From NCBI GenBank assembly GCA_902625415.1, contig CACOBG010000003.1, positions 79,507-143,506 on the forward strand: a stretch of 64,000 nt of DNA, written 5' to 3'. This document shows, in pieces, positions 51,556 through 60,829 of the stretch (its first letter is position 1; every line of letters starts with the position of its first letter). Source of the stretch: an uncultured SAR86 cluster bacterium (GTDB taxonomy: Bacteria > Pseudomonadota > Gammaproteobacteria > Magnimaribacterales > AG-339-G14). A model generated the notes under the pieces. It was not told where the DNA came from and searched no databases. It saw only the letters and a program-made list of their open reading frames with translations. The position numbers and the translations under genes were made by a program.

Positions 51556-53411
51556 AAGCTTTTGAATCTAAACAAACTTAAAAATCCTCCTAAAGCCATT
51601 ATCAAAGCTCCCAGCCAAATGAGTCTAACAAAAGGCTTCAATTGAGCCTTTACCACCCAACCCTCTTCAACCTGGTCTCCAATAGAAATATACAAATCTT
51701 CTTTGATAGAAGGATATATTGCCGCTTCAGTCATTACTGATTTTGAAACAGGATAATACCTTTTCTCAGCAATCAAATTAAACTCCTGATTTAAATTTTC
51801 CACTCTAAAACTTACTTCATCTGAAGAGAAATTTTTAGCAATATTTTTTTCTTCTCCAAGATAAGTGATTTTATAATTTTCCAATTCAAAAGGCTTTTCC
51901 TTGAAAGCGATTAATTCTTTTTGAGATTCTAAAGATGAAACAAGTCCTATTCCTAAAATCATTATTGCTATTCCAAAATGTGAAAATCCCATTGATAAAT
52001 TCACTTTTCTAGAATTTTTTATTTGTAAAAAAGCGTAATAAATTAGACCTGCCAAAATACTAGAGATCATTAAGTTCGTTACTGTGATTGATACTGAAAT
52101 ATTATTTAAAAAGAGAGCACTCAAACTAACAGTCAATAAAATCAAGATTACAAAATAAAAGTACAAAGTTTTAGGCTTGGTTGTTCTTGACGACCAGTTG
52201 CTTAGAATTCCAAATCCTTGAAAAAAAGCCAAAAAGAATGCAATGGGCACGGTTACTGAATCAAAATAAGGCTTGCCCACAGAAATATCTTTTCCTCCAG
52301 AAAAGATTTCATAGATTATTGGATAGATAGTCCCAAAAAGAATAGCAACCGCCAAAATAATTAAAAAAACGTTATTGATTAAAAAGAAAAATTCTCTAGA
52401 AAGAATAGATCCATATGTATAACTTAAATCGGTTAGTTTTGAGCTTGAGTAGATAATCAAAGAAAAAATCAATACAAATAAAATTATAAAAAGAAGAATT
52501 AAACCTCTTTCAGGATCTAGGGCAAAGGTGTGAACTGAGGTAACAACCCCAGACCTAACTAGAAATAAGCCAATGTAGCTAGATAAAATTGCACCTAAAG
52601 ATAAAAGCACCGTCCACTTAGAAAAAATATTTCTCTTTGAAGTGGCTATTGCAGAATGAATTAAAGCTGTTGCAATAAGCCAAGGTATTAAAGAGGAATT
52701 TTCAACTGGATCCCAAAACCACCAACCTCCCCAACCAAGTTCATAGTAAGCCCACCAACTTCCCAGTGCGATACCCAAAGTTAAAAATGACCAAGAAATT
52801 ACTGACCAATTTTTTAAATCGCTTGCCCAATTTTTATAACTTGGGTCTATGCAACGCGCCATAGCAATAGCAAACGGTAAAGTTAGAGCGGTATAGCCAA
52901 GATAAAGAGTTGGCGGATGAATGGTAAAAGCAAAATCTTGCAGCAAAGGATTTAAGTCCAAACCTCCTTCGGGAGAGAAAGGAAGTAATCTTTCGAAAGG
53001 ATTTGAAGTAAAGATTACAAAACCTGAAAAAAGGGAAAATATGACGAATAGAAAAAATATGCCAAAACTAGATTGAGATTTTAAGTAGAAAATCAAAGTC
53101 CAAAGACTAAGAAATAAAAGATACAAAAGCATAGAACCTTCATGACCACCCCATAGTGCAGCAAATTTATAATAATCAGGCAGATTTTCATTAGAGTTAT
53201 TTGCCACATACAAAACACTAAAATCGTCAGTTAAAAAACTTATTTCAAGACATATAAAACTCAATAGAACACTGAAAAAGAATAGATAAACTATTTTAGG
53301 AGAAATAATGAAATTGTTATTTCTATAAAATGAGAAAGAGTTGCCGAAGACATAAAAACTAGAAATGGTAAAAGCTAACACTAAAAATAATAAACCTATT
53401 TCTGGAATCAT
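51552..53411 (-). CDS. ccmF: Heme lyase CcmF
   Basis: WGGHEGS, LNPLLQ, HPP.LY.GY, WAYYELGWGGWWFWDPVEN, SVHTFA. Confidence 0.97.
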   Translation of the reverse strand: MIPEIGLLFLVLAFTISSFYVFGNSFSFYRNNNFIISPKIVYLFFFSVLLSFICLEISFLTDDFSVLYVANNSNENLPDYYKFAALWGGHEGSMLLYLLFLSLWTLIFYLKSQSSFGIFFLFVIFSLFSGFVIFTSNPFERLLPFSPEGGLDLNPLLQDFAFTIHPPTLYLGYTALTLPFAIAMARCIDPSYKNWASDLKNWSVISWSFLTLGIALGSWWAYYELGWGGWWFWDPVENSSLIPWLIATALIHSAIATSKRNIFSKWTVLLSLGAILSSYIGLFLVRSGVVTSVHTFALDPERGLILLFIILFVLIFSLIIYSSSKLTDLSYTYGSILSREFFFLINNVFLIILAVAILFGTIYPIIYEIFSGGKDISVGKPYFDSVTVPIAFFLAFFQGFGILSNWSSRTTKPKTLYFYFVILILLTVSLSALFLNNISVSITVTNLMISSILAGLIYYAFLQIKNSRKVNLSMGFSHFGIAIMILGIGLVSSLESQKELIAFKEKPFELENYKITYLGEEKNIAKNFSSDEVSFRVENLNQEFNLIAEKRYYPVSKSVMTEAAIYPSIKEDLYISIGDQVEEGWVVKAQLKPFVRLIWLGALIMALGGFLSLFRFKSL

Positions 53412-53830
53412 TTTTCAAGAGCCTTTTTTACTTCTTTGGGAACATAGTTTTCATCATGCTTAGCTAAAATTTGATAAGCATCAAGACTCATCTTGCTTTT
53501 ATCAAAGTAGCCTGTAGCAACTACTCCAGCGTTTTCTTTAAATAAATCTGGAAGAATGCCTGTGTAATTTACTGCAATAGATTTTTTTAAGTCAGTAATT
53601 ATGAATTCAATTTCTAAAGAGTCTGTTGCTCTCCTTACACTTCCAATTTCAACCAAACCTCCTGCTCTGATTGCATTTCTTCCTTGAGGTGGATTCTCAA
53701 ACAAATCTGATGGTGAGTAGAATAAATTTACATTGTCTCTGATGGCAAGATAAACCAAAACAAAAGCAAGGGCTGAACAAAAAACTATGAACAGAACTCC
53801 ATAAAGTCTTTTTAATCTATGTTGTTTCAT
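53408..53830 (-). CDS. ccmE: Heme chaperone CcmE
   Basis: GILPDLF.E, LAKHDENY. Confidence 0.96.
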   Translation of the reverse strand: MKQHRLKRLYGVLFIVFCSALAFVLVYLAIRDNVNLFYSPSDLFENPPQGRNAIRAGGLVEIGSVRRATDSLEIEFIITDLKKSIAVNYTGILPDLFKENAGVVATGYFDKSKMSLDAYQILAKHDENYVPKEVKKALEK

Positions 53831-53954
53831 TATTTTTTATCTTGGATTCGTTCTTTTTTATTTTTACTAGAGGCAAATAAATTAAAAGCAAGCAAATAAA
53901 TCCCGTTATTGAAACAACCGACCAGATATGAATATTAAATTCTCCAAAATCCAT
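53817..53954 (-). CDS. ccmD: Heme exporter protein CcmD (45 aa, not in the ORF track)
   Basis: MDFGEFNIHIWSVVSITGFICLLLIYLPLVKIKKNESKIKNNETT: single TM with IW and a basic tail, located between ccmC and ccmE. Confidence 0.75.
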   Translation of the reverse strand: MDFGEFNIHIWSVVSITGFICLLLIYLPLVKIKKNESKIKNNETT

Positions 53955-53956
53955 AG

Positions 53957-54706
53957 TTAATTATTGCTTGAAAGTTTTTTGAACCATTCCTTGTTTTGCT
54001 CTCTGGAAGATATTTCTGCTCTCATAAAAAGGAGTCCAGTAAAAAAAACAAACAAATAAACTCCTAAAATTGAGAGTAGTAATGGGATAAGCATTTCACT
54101 GGAAATAGAGGACCCACCGGAAATAGATATTGATGCAGGTTGATGAAGGGTATTCCACCAATCAACTGATTTTTTTACTATCGGAAGATTTACAACCCCA
54201 ACCAGGGTTATTATAGAAACTGCAGTGTCAGCAGACTTTCTAGAGGTAAAAGTCGATTGCATGCCAATGATTGCCAAATAAAATAAAAAAAGTACTAAAG
54301 TAGAGGTCAGGCGAGCATCCCATACCCACCAAGTTCCCCAAGTTGGCTGTCCCCAGATAGCTCCGCTTAGCAATCCAATAAAGGTAAAAGCTGCACCTAT
54401 TGGAGCAAGGCTTTTAATATAGACTCCTGCCATTTTCATTCGCCAAATTAAAAAAACTGCTGCCGCAACAGACATTGAATAATAGATGACTTGAGATACA
54501 GATACCGCTGGAACATGAAAATATATTATTCGATAAACATCTCCTTGAACCGCATCAGTAGGAGAGAAAAATAAGCCCCAAATAGAAGAAATGACTATTA
54601 ATGAAATACTGAAAAATCCCACAATTGGAATTACTTTGCCAGAGATTTTGTAAAACCAAGGAAAAGATCCAAGTTTATGATAAAAATTCTTTAATACCTG
54701 AAACAT
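53957..54706 (-). CDS. ccmC: Heme exporter CcmC
   Basis: YFHVP, WGQPTWGTWWVWDARLT (WWD domain), WWNTLHQ. Confidence 0.97.
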   Translation of the reverse strand: MFQVLKNFYHKLGSFPWFYKISGKVIPIVGFFSISLIVISSIWGLFFSPTDAVQGDVYRIIYFHVPAVSVSQVIYYSMSVAAAVFLIWRMKMAGVYIKSLAPIGAAFTFIGLLSGAIWGQPTWGTWWVWDARLTSTLVLFLFYLAIIGMQSTFTSRKSADTAVSIITLVGVVNLPIVKKSVDWWNTLHQPASISISGGSSISSEMLIPLLLSILGVYLFVFFTGLLFMRAEISSREQNKEWFKKLSSNN

Positions 54707-54708
54707 AT

Positions 54709-55368
54709 CTAATTAAAATGAAGTTTCAATGCCCCTACCGAAGCAAACAAAATAATTGGCAACAAAAAAATAAGTATTGCTGTAAGTAACAAAATATTTG
54801 AAGAAAAGTTAATGCCGTTCAATGAGTAATTAATCGCCTGAGTTCCTAATATTAAGACTGGCAAACTCAAAGGCAACATTAGTGCGGGTCCAGTGATGCT
54901 GTTTTTTCCAAGAGAAAGTGCTCCAGCTAGCGCCCCAAACAAACAAATGGTGGGAGTTCCAATTAACAAACTTATGATTAAAGGTTTTAAGCCTTCCTGA
55001 GGAAAATAAAGTAAAAAAACAGACAAAACAGAAAGGATGATGATTGGTAAACAACTAAAAATCCAATTCACAAAAATTTTTATCAAAACAATCAATGAAA
55101 GATTTTGTCCAGAAGCCAATAAAAGCTCAATGCTTCCATCTTCATAGTCTTCGGAAAATATATTTTGAAAAGATATTAAAGTGGATAACAGGACAGTAAT
55201 CCAAATTAAACCAGGGGCTAAATTTTTTAATATATCTGGATCGTTGGAAATTCCAATTGGATACAAAGAAATAGAAATCAAAAAAAAGACTACTGGGCTA
55301 ATGAAAGACGAAGACTTTCTTGAATAGATAAGAAATTCCTTTTTAAGTATTTTTATAGGATAGATCAT
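54709..55368 (-). CDS. ccmB: Heme exporter CcmB
   Basis: PG..W...LLS, F.EDYEDGS.E, LPL..P.LI. Confidence 0.92.
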   Translation of the reverse strand: MIYPIKILKKEFLIYSRKSSSFISPVVFFLISISLYPIGISNDPDILKNLAPGLIWITVLLSTLISFQNIFSEDYEDGSIELLLASGQNLSLIVLIKIFVNWIFSCLPIIILSVLSVFLLYFPQEGLKPLIISLLIGTPTICLFGALAGALSLGKNSITGPALMLPLSLPVLILGTQAINYSLNGINFSSNILLLTAILIFLLPIILFASVGALKLHFN

Positions 55369-55946
55369 CAGTTAAAAAGATTCATATCAATTAAAGGAAA
55401 ATCATCACTAGATCTATCATGAGATGAAAAAATAATTTTTGCTCCAGCATTTATTTTCAAATCAAAGATTTCTAGAAGAAGATCAGTCGTTTTGCGATCT
55501 AAATTATTGAAAGGCTCATCAAGAAGATAGAGATTAGCTGCTGAAAGAATAAAACTTGCAAGATTTATTTTTCGTTTTTGCCCTTCTGAAAGATATGCTG
55601 ACTGAATATCAGCATGATCAATAAGGTCTAGTTTATCGAGAACAGAATTAATCTGGGAATGAGAAATTTCAGGCAATCTGATATCAAAATAAATGTTCTC
55701 TCTAGGTGATAAATTATTTTTTAATCCGGTTTTATGACCCGAATAAAATACTAAATTATCATCTGGAAAAGATAATTCTCCTTCATAATTTTTATAGATG
55801 CCTGAAAGAATTTTCAGCAAAGTTGATTTGCCAGAACCATTGTCTCCTACGAGCTTAAAAACACTGTCGTTTGCGAATTCAAAGCTCAGATTTGAAAAAA
55901 TATATTTATCATCAAACTTGTATGATAAATTTGCTGTTTTTAGCAT
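55368..55946 (-). CDS. ccmA: Heme exporter ATP-binding CcmA
   Basis: GDNGSGKST, GH..GLK..L...EN, LSEGQKR, LLDEP, SSH. Confidence 0.9.
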   Translation of the reverse strand: MLKTANLSYKFDDKYIFSNLSFEFANDSVFKLVGDNGSGKSTLLKILSGIYKNYEGELSFPDDNLVFYSGHKTGLKNNLSPRENIYFDIRLPEISHSQINSVLDKLDLIDHADIQSAYLSEGQKRKINLASFILSAANLYLLDEPFNNLDRKTTDLLLEIFDLKINAGAKIIFSSHDRSSDDFPLIDMNLFN

Positions 55947-56029
55947 CTAAATATGCGGTTATTACTAAAATTAATTAAATTCGGTCGTTATTATAACTAT
56001 AATATCTATTCAAAATTTGAGTATTAAAT

Positions 56030-56482
56030 ATGGACTTTGGAAAGAGAATAAGTATAGAAGCCGTAGAAGAAGGTAATGAATTCATGCCTAAGTTCGATGG
56101 TCAGGGTCTTATTCCTGTAATAACTTTGGAAGAAAGCTCAAATCTGGTCTTGATGCACGGTTATCTCAACAAGGAGGCTTTAAAACTCTCTATTGAGACT
56201 AAACAAGCCCATTATTGGAGTAGAAGCAGAGAGCAGTTGTGGAAAAAAGGCGAAACAAGCGGTCTTTATCAAAATATCAAAGAAATTCTTGTTGATGACG
56301 ATCAAGATTGTGTGATTTTTAAAGTAGAAGTAGAAGGCTCAGGAGCGAGTTGTCACGTAGGTTATAAATCCTGTTTCTACAGATCAGTAGAAAACCTTAA
56401 AGACTTAGAGTTTGTAGAAGAAGAGAAACTATTTGATCCTGAGGAAGTCTACGAAGGACTAGAAAATCCTACCAAACTTTAA
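56030..56482 (+). CDS. hisI: Phosphoribosyl-AMP cyclohydrolase
   Basis: YWSRSR..LW.KGETSG, DDDQD, SCHVGYKSCFYR. Confidence 0.94.
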   Translation: MDFGKRISIEAVEEGNEFMPKFDGQGLIPVITLEESSNLVLMHGYLNKEALKLSIETKQAHYWSRSREQLWKKGETSGLYQNIKEILVDDDQDCVIFKVEVEGSGASCHVGYKSCFYRSVENLKDLEFVEEEKLFDPEEVYEGLENPTKL

Positions 56483-56487
56483 ATTTA

Positions 56488-56563
56488 GCCCTTGTAGTTT
56501 AATCGGATAAAACGGCCGCCTCCTAAGTGGCAGCTCCAGGTTCGATTCCTGGCAGGGGCACCA
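56488..56563 (+). tRNA. tRNA-Arg(CCT)
   Basis: GCCCTTG/CAGGGGC acceptor, GCCGC-CTCCTAA-GTGGC anticodon arm, CCAGG-TTCGATT-CCTGG T-arm, CCA. Confidence 0.95.
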
Positions 56564-56575
56564 AACAGTGAGTTA

Positions 56576-56815
56576 TTAAGTTCTAGGTTTAGCTTCGTTA
56601 ACTGTTAGTTTTCTACCTTCAAGATCAGAGTCATTCATGGCTTCAATCGCTTCTGGACCTCCAGATTCTAGTTCAACAAAGCCAAAGCCTCTTGATCTTT
56701 TAGTATCTCTGTCCGTAATGACATTTGCTGATATGACACTACCAAATTCAGAAAATAATTCTTCTAATTGAGAGTTGTCGACACTCCATGGGAGATTTCC
56801 TACATATAATTTCAT
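56576..56815 (-). CDS. Single-RRM RNA-binding protein
   Basis: RNP2 LYVGNL, RNP1 RGFGFVEL, GR.L.VNEA.PR. Confidence 0.93.
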   Translation of the reverse strand: MKLYVGNLPWSVDNSQLEELFSEFGSVISANVITDRDTKRSRGFGFVELESGGPEAIEAMNDSDLEGRKLTVNEAKPRT

Positions 56816-56907
56816 ATTTACCTTTAAGTTAAAGCATTAAATACTATATAAAAATTATTAACAGGTTTATTTAGAAAATTCTCTGAAAAAATTAAGTATA
56901 TAACTAG

Positions 56908-56941
56908 AAAAAATTATCCCTCCTGTTTCCAAGAGGGATAA
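56908..56941 (-). terminator. Intrinsic terminator downstream of metY
   Basis: 9-bp stem TTATCCCTC/GAGGGATAA followed by a U-tract on the minus strand. Confidence 0.75.
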
Positions 56942-56950
56942 ATATTTTTT

Positions 56951-58258
56951 TTATTTTGAAGCTTTGTCTATAGCTTGTGAAATATCTGCAATGATATCTT
57001 CAGCATTTTCAATACCGATTGATAATCTTACATATCCAGGTGTCACCCCAGCAGATTCTTGTTCTTCAGGAGCAAGCTGGCTGTGAGTTGTAGTTGCTGG
57101 ATGGATAGCAAGAGATCTTGAGTCTCCAATATTTGCAACATGATATAGAAGCTCTAGGGAGTCAATAAATTTACTTCCAGCTTCTTTTCCACCTGGTAAC
57201 TCAAATCCAACAAGTGCACCATAACCACCGGTCATGTATTTATCAGCCTTTTCTTTTTCAGCACCTTCGAAAAGGCCTGGATAAGTGACTGATTGAACTT
57301 TTTTGTTGGAGGCTAAAAATTCAGCAACTTGTTGTGCATTGTTGGCATGTTCACGCATTCTCAAAGGCAGTGTCTCTAATCCTTGAATAAACATCCAAGC
57401 ATTAAAGGGACTCATAGCTCCGCCTAAGTCTCTAAGAAGTGTAGTTCTTAATTTAAGTAAGTAAGCAAACGGTAAGCCCATGTTTTTGGTCACTTGCTCA
57501 TCCCAGACAACTCCGCCATAACAAGGATCAGGAGTATTTAAGGCAGGCTGTCTATCTGCTCCAGCTTTACCCCAATCAAAATTACCGCCATCAAGGATAA
57601 GTCCTCCGATAGTTGTTCCATGTCCGCCAATGTATTTCGTAGTTGAATAAGTGGTTACCGCAGCACCGTGGTCAAACGGACGACAGAGAACTGGTGCAGC
57701 AGTATTGTCTACGATCAAAGGTATGCCATGATTTCTTCCTATTTCTGCAACTTCACCAATTGGAAATACTTGAAGTTTTGGATTGGGCAGAGTTTCTGCA
57801 AAATAAGCTCTGGTTTTATCGTCAGTAGCTTTTTCAAAATTAGCTGGATCTGTTGGATCAACAAATCTAACTTCTATTCCCATTTCTTTAAGGTTGTTTT
57901 TAAACTGGTTGTATGTTCCGCCATACAAGTGTGAAGAAGAGACAATGTTATCCCCTGCTCTAGCAACATTTTGAATTGAGTATGCCGATGCGGTTTGTCC
58001 TGAAGAAACAGCTAATCCTGCTGCTGCTCCATCTAAAGCAGCCATTCTTTGCTCAAGAACATCACAAGTTGGATTCATGATTCGGGTGTAAATATTTCCG
58101 AATTCTTGCAACCCGAATAAGCTTGCTGCATGAGCTGTATCGTTAAACTGGTAACTTGTAGTTTGGTGAATGGGAACGGCTACTGAACCAGTAGTTTCAT
58201 CATTACGCCACCCTGCGTGCAGAGCAATCGTTTCTAAATTTTTTCCTTCATATGCCAT
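56951..58258 (-). CDS. metY: O-acetylhomoserine sulfhydrylase
   Basis: GNIYTRIMNPT, LYGGT, VDNT, STTKYIGGHG (PLP Lys), HVANIGD, HPATTTHSQL; SAM riboswitch upstream. Confidence 0.94.
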   Translation of the reverse strand: MAYEGKNLETIALHAGWRNDETTGSVAVPIHQTTSYQFNDTAHAASLFGLQEFGNIYTRIMNPTCDVLEQRMAALDGAAAGLAVSSGQTASAYSIQNVARAGDNIVSSSHLYGGTYNQFKNNLKEMGIEVRFVDPTDPANFEKATDDKTRAYFAETLPNPKLQVFPIGEVAEIGRNHGIPLIVDNTAAPVLCRPFDHGAAVTTYSTTKYIGGHGTTIGGLILDGGNFDWGKAGADRQPALNTPDPCYGGVVWDEQVTKNMGLPFAYLLKLRTTLLRDLGGAMSPFNAWMFIQGLETLPLRMREHANNAQQVAEFLASNKKVQSVTYPGLFEGAEKEKADKYMTGGYGALVGFELPGGKEAGSKFIDSLELLYHVANIGDSRSLAIHPATTTHSQLAPEEQESAGVTPGYVRLSIGIENAEDIIADISQAIDKASK

Positions 58259-58279
58259 GGTTTATCTCCATAAATTATT

Positions 58280-58312
58280 AAAAAAAAACCTGTTTGCTTT
58301 CGCTAAACAGGT
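58280..58312 (-). terminator. Riboswitch-controlled intrinsic terminator
   Basis: ACCTGTTT(A)GC-GAAA-GCAAACAGGT hairpin followed by a U-run on the minus strand. Confidence 0.88.
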
Positions 58313-58322
58313 CAAAAAAAAT

Positions 58323-58373
58323 CCTGTTTAGCAAATTTTATAAAGCGTTTGCAAGTCGGTTAAATCAACGCTA
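58323..58373 (-). ncRNA. SAM-II riboswitch aptamer
   Basis: AGCGTTGATTTAACCGACTTGCAAACGCTTTATAAAATTTGCTAAACAGG closely follows the SAM-II pattern (P1 AGCGTT/AACGCT, GATTT...TTGC, GCTAAA pseudoknot strand); lies upstream of metY. Confidence 0.88.
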
Positions 58374-58415
58374 TAAATGCAATATACACAAAAATATCAA
58401 AAAAGAGAAAAAAAA

Positions 58416-59276
58416 ATGAAAGATTTTGAAAGTTTGAAAACTTCTATAAAAAATAAAGTTTTGACGGTTGTCTTTAATAGGCCTGAAAAAATGAATACCT
58501 TTTCTGGACAAATGTTAAAAGATATCTTGGAGCTTCTTGATGAGGCTGAAAAGGATGATGACATTCGAGCAGTTATTTTTACTGGTTCTGGAAAAGCTTT
58601 TTGTGCAGGAGCTGACCTATCTTCAGGTGAGGATACGTTTGATATGTCCGACAAAGGCAAGGCTAAGACTGAAGTTAAAAGAGATACTGGTGGAATACTT
58701 ACTTTAAGATTGTTTGATTTTAAAAAACCATTAATTGCAGCAATAAATGGAGCGGCTGTAGGAGTAGGTGTGACTATGACACTTCCTATGGATGTCAGAA
58801 TATGTTCTGAGAAGGCTAAATTTGGATTCGTGTTTGCTAAAAGAGGCATCGTTCCTGAAGCTTGTTCAAGCTGGTTTCTGCCTAAAATTGTCGGTATTTC
58901 TAATGCTCTGCAGTGGTGCCTGTCTGGAAAAATTTTTATGCCTCAAGAAGCTCTAGACAAGGGATTGGTTACGGAAGTTACTCCAGAAGATAAATTACTA
59001 GAAAAAGCCGAAGAAATAGCAACCGATTTTGTAGAAGCTACTTCTAGCCTTTCAGTAACTCTTATCAGGCAAATGCTATGGAAAATGTTAGGCGCTGATC
59101 ATCCTATGGAAGCTCATAAAATTGACTCTAGAGGAGTATATTCACTTGGTAAAACCGGTGAAGCCAGTGAAGGCGTTATGTCTTTTTTAGAAAAGAGAGA
59201 GCCAAACTTTCCTGGAAAAGTTAGCAAAGATTTGCCTGAATTTTACCCATGGTGGGATGACAAAGAATTCAAATAA
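58416..59276 (+). CDS. Crotonase/enoyl-CoA hydratase family protein
   Basis: NRPEKMN, FCAGADL, AINGAAVGVG, GIVPEACSSWFLP, EGV.SFLEKR; start placed at ATG 58416. Confidence 0.92.
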   Translation: MKDFESLKTSIKNKVLTVVFNRPEKMNTFSGQMLKDILELLDEAEKDDDIRAVIFTGSGKAFCAGADLSSGEDTFDMSDKGKAKTEVKRDTGGILTLRLFDFKKPLIAAINGAAVGVGVTMTLPMDVRICSEKAKFGFVFAKRGIVPEACSSWFLPKIVGISNALQWCLSGKIFMPQEALDKGLVTEVTPEDKLLEKAEEIATDFVEATSSLSVTLIRQMLWKMLGADHPMEAHKIDSRGVYSLGKTGEASEGVMSFLEKREPNFPGKVSKDLPEFYPWWDDKEFK

Positions 59277-60814
59277 TGTCCTGGAAAAAAGAAATTTCTC
59301 AAATTAAGCTTAGGGAAAAGCTAGCTAAGCAACAAGGTGGTCCTGAAGCGGTTAAATTACAGCACAATAAAGGACGTCTTACTTTACGCGAGAGAATAGA
59401 CCTTTTGCTTGATAAAGAATCTTTTGAAGAGATTGGAAAAGTTGCTGGAGGAGCTGAATACGATGATGAAGGAAATCTAACCTCCCTCACCCCGGCAAAT
59501 TTTATTTTAGGCTTTGGAAAAATTGATGGACAAGATGTAATAGTTGGCGGTGAAGATTTTACAGTTAAAGGTGGTTCTCCTAACGCTGCAGGTTTAAGAA
59601 AAAGTGTTTATACGGAAGATCTAGCAGTTAAACATAAATTTCCATTGGTGAGACTTCATGAAGGTGGCGGAGGCTCAGTTGCAGGACCAAGTAAAGAAAA
59701 AAAAGGTTATGGCGGAGATCCAGTTTTTGCTAGATCGAGATTTAAGTCCGTTGCGCAAACTCTTAAAGAAGTTCCAGTTGTTTCTGCCGCCCTAGGCCCT
59801 GTCGCAGGACTGCCAGCCTCTCGTTTTGTAGGCTCTCACTTCAGATTAATGGTCAAAGACAACGCTCAAATTTTAGTTGCAGGTCCAGCTGTGGTCTCTA
59901 GAGCTTTTGGTAAAGATTTTACAAAAGAGGAGTTGGGAGGCTCTGACGTTCACAAGAAAAATGGTGTTACAGATAACATTGCTGAATCTGAAGAGGACGC
60001 TTTTAATCAAATTAAAAAATTTCTATCTTTCTTTCCACCCAATATTTATGAACTTCCGCCAAAAAAAGAATCAAAAGATGACATAAATAGATCGGAAAAA
60101 ATTCTTGAAGAAATCATTCCTAAGGACAGAAAAAAAACTTATGAGATGAGAGAGATAATCAAAATGGTAGTTGATGACAAAAATTTTTTTGAAATATCTA
60201 ATTTTTTTGGTAGAGGAATCATTACAGGATTTGCTCGACTTAATGGTTTTTCAGTTGGTATTTTTGCAAATGATAGTAACTTTTATGCTGGTTCAATGAC
60301 TGCTGATAATGCAAAAAAAACTACTCGTTTTATTAAACTGTGCGATCAATTTAATATTCCAATTTTAACAATTGTTGACGAACCTGGTTTCTTAATTGGC
60401 AAAAAAGCTGAAGAAGATGCAACCATACTTCATGGAACGGAGGCAGTTTTGGCTGCTGCAGATTCCACTATTCCATGGTGCACTCTCTTGGTAAGAAAAT
60501 CTTTTGGTGTTGCTGCTGCAGCTCACTTTGGAGAAGATCCTTATGTTTTAGCTTGGCCCTCTTCTGAAGCAGGCGCGCTACCTTTAGAGGGAGGAGTTGC
60601 TGTTGCTTTCGGAAAAGAAATTGCCAAAGCAAAGGATCCCGAAAAAAAGAGGAAGGAAATAGAGGAAAAATTAGCAAAGTCTCAAAGTCCCTTCCCCAGA
60701 GCAGAGGCTTTTTCGGTGCATGAAATTATTGACCCGAAAGACACAAGGCAGTATCTTTGCTCATGGATTACTAGAGTCCAAAAAAGTTTAGAAGTAAAAT
60801 TACTAGATAAATAA
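59276..60814 (+). CDS. Acyl-CoA carboxylase carboxyltransferase (beta) subunit
   Basis: GRLT.RERI..LLD..SF.E, EDFTVKGGS, GP.VV...EELGG..VH, TGFARL.G, VDEPGF. Confidence 0.88.
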   Translation: MSWKKEISQIKLREKLAKQQGGPEAVKLQHNKGRLTLRERIDLLLDKESFEEIGKVAGGAEYDDEGNLTSLTPANFILGFGKIDGQDVIVGGEDFTVKGGSPNAAGLRKSVYTEDLAVKHKFPLVRLHEGGGGSVAGPSKEKKGYGGDPVFARSRFKSVAQTLKEVPVVSAALGPVAGLPASRFVGSHFRLMVKDNAQILVAGPAVVSRAFGKDFTKEELGGSDVHKKNGVTDNIAESEEDAFNQIKKFLSFFPPNIYELPPKKESKDDINRSEKILEEIIPKDRKKTYEMREIIKMVVDDKNFFEISNFFGRGIITGFARLNGFSVGIFANDSNFYAGSMTADNAKKTTRFIKLCDQFNIPILTIVDEPGFLIGKKAEEDATILHGTEAVLAAADSTIPWCTLLVRKSFGVAAAAHFGEDPYVLAWPSSEAGALPLEGGVAVAFGKEIAKAKDPEKKRKEIEEKLAKSQSPFPRAEAFSVHEIIDPKDTRQYLCSWITRVQKSLEVKLLDK

Positions 60815-60829
60815 TTAAAGAGGATAAAT

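Noticed and set aside
58259-58279. Second (SAM-V) aptamer in tandem, as in Pelagibacter metY
   Set aside because: Only about 21 nt separate the terminator from the ATG, and they hold just an SD (GGAGA)
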